Source: Thecamonas trahens ATCC 50062 (Eukaryota; Protista; Apusomonadida). From it: 64,000 nucleotides of DNA. Shown in pieces: positions 57,650 through 64,000 of the stretch. The notes under the pieces are model-generated. The model was not told where the DNA came from. It made no database searches and saw only the letters and a list, made by a program, of their open reading frames with translations. Each line of letters opens with the position of its first letter. The stretch's first letter is position 1. The stretch lies in the NCBI RefSeq assembly GCF_000142905.1, contig NW_013657625.1, positions 209,411 to 273,410 on the forward strand, given 5' to 3'. A program made the position numbers and the translations under genes.

Positions 57650-58753
57650 AGTGCGTAAAGAAGAGGGGAGAGGGGAGGGTGTGCCTGTGTGTGTATATAT
57701 ATGCGTGTGTAAAAGTGGACTTACTGTGGTGTGTGACGGGGGACAGTGTCTTCTTCGCAATCTGAGTACGAGTACACGGCCGAGGACGAGGGCAGCTCGA
57801 GCCTGTCTGGCAGCGGGGAGTCGGGCTCTGTGTCGCAGTTGAGCTATGTCAAGAGCAAGGGCCGCGGCAAGGGTAAGCGCAAGGGGAAGAGCAGTCGGAG
57901 CGAGGTGGCGGCGAGGAAGCGGACGCGGGCAGAGAACCAGATCGGCGGGCACTCGGGCGACAAGGACGCGTGCTCGATGTGGTTCAAGGGTGCACAGACG
58001 ATGGGCGGGATCTGTGTGTCGGCGGCGTGCATGCCGCTGGCGTGCTGTGGTTGCGGGCCAGTGAGGCAGATCAGCGAGGGCCAGCGTGGGATTCTGATGA
58101 CGTTTGGCAAGCTGTCGCGGGTGCTCGAGCCCGGGACGTACCACGCCAATCCGTGCACGCAGGAGATCCGACGGTACACGGTGGCGCTCCAGTCGCTGGA
58201 CGTGCCGAGGCAGAGCGTGTTGACGACCGACGATGTGACGCTTGATGTGGACGCGGTGGTATTTGTGCGGATCTTTGACGTGGTCAAGGCTGCGTTTGCG
58301 GTGGAGAACTACCGCGAGGCGGTGGTCAACCTTGCGGCGGCGTCACTGGTGACGGTGGTGGGCAACACGTCACTGGAGCATATTTTCCAGGAGCGCGGGA
58401 CGCTCAATGACCGGATCAAGGACCAGATGCAGCTGGAGACCGACGAGTGGGGTATCGAGGTCGACGTGGAGATTGCCGATGTTGTCATCCCCACGCACAT
58501 GCAACGGTCGCTGGCGGCGGCTGCCGAGGCCAAGCGCGACGGCAAGGCCAAGCTGGTCACCGCGCGGGCCGAGAAGAAGGCCAGTACCATTCTGCAGTCG
58601 GCGGCGGAGCTCATGGAGAACCCAATCGCCCTGCAGCTGCGCTACTTCCAGACGCTCTCAGAGATTGCGGCCGAGAACAACTCGACGGTCATCGTTCCGT
58701 CGGGCATGCACGACCTGGCAACGGCGGCTGCCGGTGCACGGGCAGGAAAGTGA
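57650..58753 (+). CDS. Stomatin/band-7 (SPFH) family protein; probable intron 57651..57746
   Basis: GQRGILMTFGK..LEPG, DVPRQSVLTTDDVTLDVDAVV, EWGIEV, MQRSLAAAAEAKR, ALQLRYFQTLSEIAAENNSTVIVP. The exon 1 start is either a split A|TG or ATG 57575. Confidence 0.9.
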
Positions 58754-58780
58754 TAAATATTTGAATAGCAACCAAGGTCG

Positions 58781-59001
58781 GGCAGACGTACCGGGTAGAT
58801 TAGTGTCAAGCAGCGAGATGTGATGAAGGTCAAACATGGCGCGGCAGAGCCCGCAGCGCCGTGACCGCGACCGGAATTGGGCGACGAGGCAGGCGTACCG
58901 GGTAGATTACGACCGAGTGTCAAGCAGCGAGATGTGATCGAGGTCAAATATGGCGCGGCAGAGCCCGCAGCGCCGTGACCGCGACTGGAATTGGGCGACA
59001 A
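58781..59001. repeat. Tandem duplication (107 nt + 114 nt) of the RING gene 3' end
   Basis: Copies start at 58781 (ggcagacgtaccgggtagatt) and 58888 (ggcaggcgtaccgggtagatt). They differ by a few substitutions and a 7-nt indel. Confidence 0.93.
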
Positions 59002-59401
59002 GGCATGGTTGGCAGAACGAGTGTCCGCACCTCAGCTTGCTGTCGACGCTCGCCTCGCGGCAGATCGGGCAGATCGGCAAGGCTGGGCTGAGCGGCGTAG
59101 CATGGTCGGCATCATGACAGTCGGCCTCTGGTGGCTCCTCCCATGCTTTTTCTACTTCTGCATTGTAGCTGTGGAGAGCAATGCTTCGCTCAAGCGAGTC
59201 GAGCAGATCGTCGACATCGTTGTCGGCAAGAAAGCAGACGAGGACGGGGATGAGGGACTTGACCAGCCGTTCCGGCGGCACTGCCGAGATGGGCGACATG
59301 AGCACAATGCGGAGGAGGGTGTCTGCTCTGCGTGCGACAGGGTTTCCCGAGTACTGCGAGAGAATGGTGAGACATGGTGTGAGGATGTCTTTAGAGTTCA
59401 T
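58907..59401 (-). CDS. Small C3HC4 RING-finger protein (164 aa), putative E3 ligase
   Basis: CPIC-x10-CGHSFCQPC-x11-CGLCR at the C-terminus. The first in-frame ATG is at 59401. Confidence 0.7.
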   Translation of the reverse strand: MNSKDILTPCLTILSQYSGNPVARRADTLLRIVLMSPISAVPPERLVKSLIPVLVCFLADNDVDDLLDSLERSIALHSYNAEVEKAWEEPPEADCHDADHATPLSPALPICPICREASVDSKLRCGHSFCQPCLVAQFQSRSRRCGLCRAIFDLDHISLLDTRS

Positions 59402-59478
59402 GTCCGTCGCCGCGTCGTGGAGGCGTAGAGGAGTGACGGGCGACGAATGGAAGGTTGAGCTCACAGGGTGACCGCGCT

Positions 59479-62145
59479 TTACACAGGTACAATGCAGAGC
59501 TCATCGCGGACAAGCCAGCGCAGAAATCGGGCGGCGAGATCGGTGCGAAGCGCACCGCGAACGGCGGGCGCGTTGTTGGTGTTGCGGAGAGGATCGGCAA
59601 GGGTGGTGCTGACGAGGCGGGCGGCCTGGGCCTCTCCGATTGGGCCGGAGCGGCGCATGGCAAGTGCGACGCCTTCGATGAGCTCGAGGTCCCAGAGGTA
59701 GAGGAGCGGGGCGAGTCGGAGCTTGCTTGCCTTGGCGCGGATGACGTCAAAGACATCGTCGTTCTTGACAGCCGGCGCAAACTGTGCAAGGACGACCGCG
59801 ACGTCGGGCTTGCCGATGGCCAGTGCTGATTCGTACATCCATTTGGCGGCGACCGGGTGGAGAAAGCTGAAGCTGTCGCTGGTGAGGTTGCAGAAGAAGG
59901 CAGTCTCCTCGGCAAGACCACGAAGGTAGGCGTGGAGGACGTCTGGCGAGCCTGCAGACTCCAGGTAGCGGATCTCGGCCTCCAGGTAGTGCCACAGTGG
60001 GACGAGCGGCGCCGCGCCCAATGCGCCCGAGGCGGTGAGGCGCTCGACGCGGTGCTGGATCATGCGGGCACAGCGGCCACCGCCCCAGACCGACGAACTC
60101 GAGATAAGACCGCTCATGGCCTTGCGCCACCGGGTAAACGAGCCCGGACTGAGGCCGAGGCCGAGCTCGATGGTGGCAGAGTTGATACAGCGCTCGGCGT
60201 CACAAGCGCCGGTAGCGAGCATGATGCCGGCGAGGACGTAAAAGGCACGATCGGGAAGCATGCCGATGCAGAGGCCAGGCGCTTCCGGCAGCGCCACGTC
60301 TAGATGCTCAAGTTTGCGAGCGGCGTGGCCCAGGGCGTCGAGACGGCGGCCGAGACGACCGGCGTCCCACTTGACCGCCTTGTCCATCCATGGCGTGGCG
60401 CCAACAACGTCAAAGACGGCTGCGAGGCAGGCGGCAAAGGCGCGGATGGGGCCGGCCTGGTGCATGGCCTCGGGCGCGGCACCAGCGTCAGCCAGGTGCT
60501 CGGCGAGCCAGGCGGAGCCACCGTCACCGACGGCGTCGCAGGCAGCTTCCAGGACATCGCGCGGCAAAGTGGGCCAGATGGTGGCGAGGAGGGCGAGCCA
60601 CGACTCACCGGTCGGCCCGCGGCGGGCACGCTTGTTGGGAGCCTGCGACTCGGAGGCGTCGAGCGCAAACTTGCGCTTGCGGCGGTTCGAGGCTGATGCT
60701 GTGGTAGCGATCTGAGTCCGAGCCGCAGCCAGCGCGTCAGCGCACTGCTTCAGCTTGTCGTCCATGCCCATGTCGGCGGGCGCGCCGGCGTCAGCCTCGG
60801 CGTAGAGCACCGCTAGCGCGTCGCTGAGCGGCGACGCCAGGCGGTGGGCAGTAGCCAACGGCGCGGTCCCGCCGTGAATACGACGGTAGATCCACTCGTG
60901 TGAAGCGAGCACGTTTGCGATTGAGGCGGCGACGTTGGGCTTGGCGTCGATGCCGATGACAGCGCCTGCCGCGAGCGAGTGCCGATAGCAAGCCGGCAGC
61001 GCCGGGGCAAGAGTGTCGCGGGCAAGAATCTGCGAGAGGAGCGCGACGTTGGCGTCGGTCGAGGCGCTGAACACGAGTGAGGCAATGGCGTTAAAGCTGG
61101 CGATCGGGGTGGCGGTAGCGGCAGCAACCGTCGGTGGCGACCGCGGCGGAGCCTTGCCGGCCACAATGGCGCACATACCCGCGGCAGCGGCCACAATCTG
61201 CTCCGGCCCACCGGCGCTTACCCCGCTCGCGCGAGCCACGTCGGGCACCTTCGACTGGACGTAGTCACCATCGTACAGCGCAAGCTGAGCGAGACCGGTG
61301 CGGAGATCCGAAGCCAGCGGCGCGGTCAACCACGTCGGCTTGTCCTCTAGCGCTTTGACTAGAATGGCCACAGCTGCGCGCTGAGCTTCACCCTTGGACA
61401 TCTTGGAGGCGCCGAGGACAATGATGGGCTGGACGCCGGCAGCAAGGCTGCCGATGAGCCAGCGTGCCAGAATGCACTGGCCGAGCGGCTCGACACACGC
61501 AGTGCCGGAGAGCATGTCAGCAAGAGGCGCGGTGCGGACGGTGTTGACATCTGCAATGAGGTTGTCAAGATCAGTGACAGACTCGAGTCGCGGGCGCGCG
61601 CCGGCACCGCCGGCAAGGCGAGAATACGCAGAGGCAACCAGGCGCATGATGGGCTCCTGCAGTGCGAGGGGAACGACGTCGACCAAATGCTGCAGCACCG
61701 AAGCAGGAGCGCTGGGCTCGGGCGCAGTAGCGAGGACCGCGCGGAGCGCAAGGGCCATGATAGCCGCCCACCGCGAGGCGTGTCGCGAGTCCGGGCCGAG
61801 GAGCTCGGCGACGCAAGCGAGGATGTCCGCGACCGACGGCGAGGGCTTGACGTCGACACCAGGGTCAACAAGAGCCGCAAGGTGAGCCTCAAGCTCAGTT
61901 GGCTTCCACAGGTATGTCATCCATGGAACAGTAGACGTTGTGGAGATGGCAATGCGGGCAGAAGGAAGGGGGAGACCCACGGGTGCGCCACCGTCGACCG
62001 GAGCAGGTGAAGCAGGACGACCGCTGGAAGCGGCACCAGCAGAAGCGGAAGCCGGAGGGGGCGGAGGGGGAGGAGTAGGGGACGAAGACGGTGGGCCATT
62101 ACTTCCTATGGTGTGGCGTACGCGGTTGCGGACGCGCCCGAACAT
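59479..62145 (-). CDS. INTS8: Probable Integrator complex subunit 8 (~888 aa)
   Basis: The C-terminus VAVVLAQF..YLWDLELIE..NTNN..RFLRWL parallels recalled INTS8 (VAILCQF..YIWDVTILE..NASN..KFLQAM). The N-terminal WMTYLWKPTELEAHL..PSP parallels WFEFLL..LEKHL..PAP. Aligned from memory only. Confidence 0.7.
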   Translation of the reverse strand: MFGRVRNRVRHTIGSNGPPSSSPTPPPPPPPASASAGAASSGRPASPAPVDGGAPVGLPLPSARIAISTTSTVPWMTYLWKPTELEAHLAALVDPGVDVKPSPSVADILACVAELLGPDSRHASRWAAIMALALRAVLATAPEPSAPASVLQHLVDVVPLALQEPIMRLVASAYSRLAGGAGARPRLESVTDLDNLIADVNTVRTAPLADMLSGTACVEPLGQCILARWLIGSLAAGVQPIIVLGASKMSKGEAQRAAVAILVKALEDKPTWLTAPLASDLRTGLAQLALYDGDYVQSKVPDVARASGVSAGGPEQIVAAAAGMCAIVAGKAPPRSPPTVAAATATPIASFNAIASLVFSASTDANVALLSQILARDTLAPALPACYRHSLAAGAVIGIDAKPNVAASIANVLASHEWIYRRIHGGTAPLATAHRLASPLSDALAVLYAEADAGAPADMGMDDKLKQCADALAAARTQIATTASASNRRKRKFALDASESQAPNKRARRGPTGESWLALLATIWPTLPRDVLEAACDAVGDGGSAWLAEHLADAGAAPEAMHQAGPIRAFAACLAAVFDVVGATPWMDKAVKWDAGRLGRRLDALGHAARKLEHLDVALPEAPGLCIGMLPDRAFYVLAGIMLATGACDAERCINSATIELGLGLSPGSFTRWRKAMSGLISSSSVWGGGRCARMIQHRVERLTASGALGAAPLVPLWHYLEAEIRYLESAGSPDVLHAYLRGLAEETAFFCNLTSDSFSFLHPVAAKWMYESALAIGKPDVAVVLAQFAPAVKNDDVFDVIRAKASKLRLAPLLYLWDLELIEGVALAMRRSGPIGEAQAARLVSTTLADPLRNTNNAPAVRGALRTDLAARFLRWLVRDELCIVPV

Positions 62146-62429
62146 GGTAAGGTGGGAGGGGTGGGTGAGTGGGTGAGTGGGTGGGTGGGTGGGCGGGCGG
62201 GCGGAGGCATGCGGTCGTCGCCTCGTCCCATGTACTCCGAGCTCTGGCCAGACCTTGATGGATACAGCCACAATTGCAACTGGCTCAAGGAGGGCAACAA
62301 GCTTGGCTAGGGACGCAATATCATGGCGACGATGCAGCAAGAAGAAACGCCGTGGAGCCAACATGGCCATCAAGCGGTCAGCGTCAAAGCAGCCATCGGT
62401 GACCAGCCGCTCGCAAGATGGGCGAGATG

Positions 62430-62900
62430 TTGAACGTTCATCGTCCTCTCACGATGGCAAGCAGCGGCGTGGCCATGGTCAGCACCGCCGCTATGACAAC
62501 CACTCTGTTACCAACCACAAACAGAACCGTCATCAGGGCGGTCGAGCTGGTATCTGCCGTCAGCGACACGCTCCACAGCAGCTGCATGGTCACAATCACC
62601 ATCAACGCCGCACCCACCTCCAGCTGCAGCGACGAGCTGGTGCGATACGGACGGACATGACCTGTAACCTTCCGCAAACACAGAGCCGCGCTGGAGGATC
62701 GATGTGAAGATGGCCACGCCCACCCGCCGCACCAGCACTACGCCTTTGTTCCACCACGCTCGGTCTACAAAGCCGGCAAAGAGGAAGGCATACGCCGAGC
62801 GCGCCGCGTCGCCGGCAGTCACCGTTAGCCGTATCCGCATCGCCACGGCAGCAACCACGCTGGCCACAGCGCAACATGCGAGGAAATATCAAGCCGCCAA
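62430..62900 (-). pseudogene. Fragmented multi-pass membrane protein relic
   Basis: Two frames give AYAFLFAGF..AWWNKGVVLVRRVGVAIF and VRPYRTSSSLQLEVGAALMV... There is no start context, and the pieces are separated by a frameshift or deletion. Confidence 0.45.
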
Positions 62901-63006
62901 GACAGCCCGCCGAGCGAACGTTGGCGACTTGGACGGCGTGGGGCAATTCCGGGTCACCGAACCACACCTCTCCCCCCCCCCCCCCCCCCCAACCCCCGGA
63001 GTAGCT

Positions 63007-63414
63007 ATGGACACGACCACGGCCAAGCGTACTGCTGCCTGTGCCGCCACCAGTCTTTTCCTCGTCAATCCTATTCTTTACTTTACAGGATTCACCACAG
63101 GTGGCATTGCCGCTGGGTCGCTTGCTTCGGCTTGGCAGGCTTCGATGGGCAATGTTGCCGCAGGCTCGGTTTTTTCGTCGTTGCAGTCGGCAGCCGCGCT
63201 TGGCGTCGGATGGACGGCCGCGGCCGCTGGAGGCGGTATCGCTGGCGCAACTGCTGTAGTTAATTGGATGCCCTCTGGGGCTGGTGAGGCGGTCACCTCG
63301 TTGGCGTCAACCGTCGTGGCTGTCTTGCCCTCTGCATCGGCTGTCGCCGAGTCTGTCGTCGGGGTGGCATCGACCGCCACCGGATTCATCTGGACGTTCA
63401 TGACGCCTATCTGA
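63007..63414 (+). CDS. IFI6/IFI27 (ISG12)-family small hydrophobic protein (135 aa)
   Basis: GFTTGGIAAGSLASAWQASMGNVAAGSVFSSLQSAAA, the ISG12 motif. Confidence 0.85.
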   Translation: MDTTTAKRTAACAATSLFLVNPILYFTGFTTGGIAAGSLASAWQASMGNVAAGSVFSSLQSAAALGVGWTAAAAGGGIAGATAVVNWMPSGAGEAVTSLASTVVAVLPSASAVAESVVGVASTATGFIWTFMTPI

Positions 63415-63434
63415 TAGCGCCATGGCTGCTGCTG

Positions 63435-63730
63435 ATGAGGGCGCTGAGAGTATTGAAACCACCAGGCGACGCTTACACCATCACGCACAACGACGTCATT
63501 GACGACGTGGCGGGCCGCAAGCTCCTCCTTGATCACATTCTGCTCTCGCCGTCGGTGGCACCGAACGCAATCTCGGGCGGCATCTTTCACGAGCTGTTCT
63601 CGTTCTTTGGTAAAAAAACAGAAAGTGCGATCGCGGCCGTCGTTCGAGGTTGCCGCCGAGCCGCGGACACTCCTCAACCGGGTGCTCTCGGACCATCGTC
63701 CCGTATGGTGCGACCTCGACGTGGCCGGCC
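63435..63730 (+). pseudogene. 5'-truncated EEP (exonuclease/endonuclease/phosphatase) domain fragment
   Basis: LLDHILLSP and, after a frameshift at the A7 run (63612-63618), LSDHRPVWCDL. The N-terminal EEP motifs are absent. Confidence 0.55.
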
Positions 63731-64000
63731 TGCTCACAACCAGTGAGCGGCGGCGCGGTGGGCAGTACGTGCCGCTTCCGGCGAGGTCGATCTACATCGA
63801 CACCGGCAACGGGCTCTCGACCCGGCTGTGGGTGGCGCCACGGAGCAGCTCGCCCAGTGAGGCAAGTAGCGAGCGCAGCGCGTGCTGGGTTTGGCGAATC
63901 ACTCATCGCGGACGCGGCCGCGTCGAGCCCGGCGGCGGGACCGTCGTGCAAATGGATGGCTCTCACGCACAAGCAGCTCGGCCAGCAGCAGCGAGGGTAG

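Noticed and set aside
57572-57650. C/D-box snoRNA (GTGATGA box C)
   Set aside because: No suitably placed CTGA box D or terminal stem was found at either copy of the motif.
16038-62145. PP2A-themed cluster (PME-1 plus INTS8)
   Set aside because: The genes are over 40 kb apart with unrelated genes between them, so chance is sufficient.
62146-62373. N-terminal extension of the INTS8 ORF
   Set aside because: It runs through a (CCCA)n simple repeat. The ATG at 62145 is more plausible.
1-64000. Hundreds of overlapping or antisense ORFs in the track (e.g. 9395..10888 -, 38775..40544 -, 46926..48410 -)
   Set aside because: They are shadow ORFs expected from high GC3 coding DNA. Their translations are low-complexity and Arg/Ser/Ala-rich, with no motifs.
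63435-64000. Non-LTR retrotransposon APE endonuclease
   Set aside because: Only the C-terminal EEP motifs are present, with no RT, gag-like ORF or poly-A in the window.

Overview
Gene-dense, GC-rich, intron-poor eukaryotic genomic DNA from a flagellated protist. LRRC56 is present and the overall style suggests an apusomonad such as Thecamonas, which is unverified. The window holds about 17 protein-coding genes: an SPX + C2H2 zinc-finger protein, a coiled-coil protein, GOSR1/Gos28, a USP4/11/15-type deubiquitinase, an ankyrin + CAP-Gly protein, PME-1, a SMYD-type SET protein, a ~4,200-aa secreted multi-pass membrane protein, a ~5,000-aa repetitive coiled-coil protein, NXF1/Mex67 head-to-head with DBP5/DDX19, an ADP1-like EGF-ABCG transporter, LRRC56, a stomatin/SPFH protein, a small RING protein, a probable INTS8 and an IFI6/IFI27-family protein. 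It also contains several decayed coding relics and simple repeats. Five single, 5'-proximal GT-AG introns were reconstructed by hand. Three long genes are broken by five frameshifts, all in the same direction and most likely homopolymer errors. The most notable items are: the giant chimeric surface protein with bacterial RTX/adhesin-like features, divergent from a second giant gene; the divergent NXF1-DBP5 mRNA-export pair; the SPX-C2H2 architecture; and a 24-nt AT-rich motif shared by two divergent intergenic regions. All family calls come from motif recognition; no searches were run.
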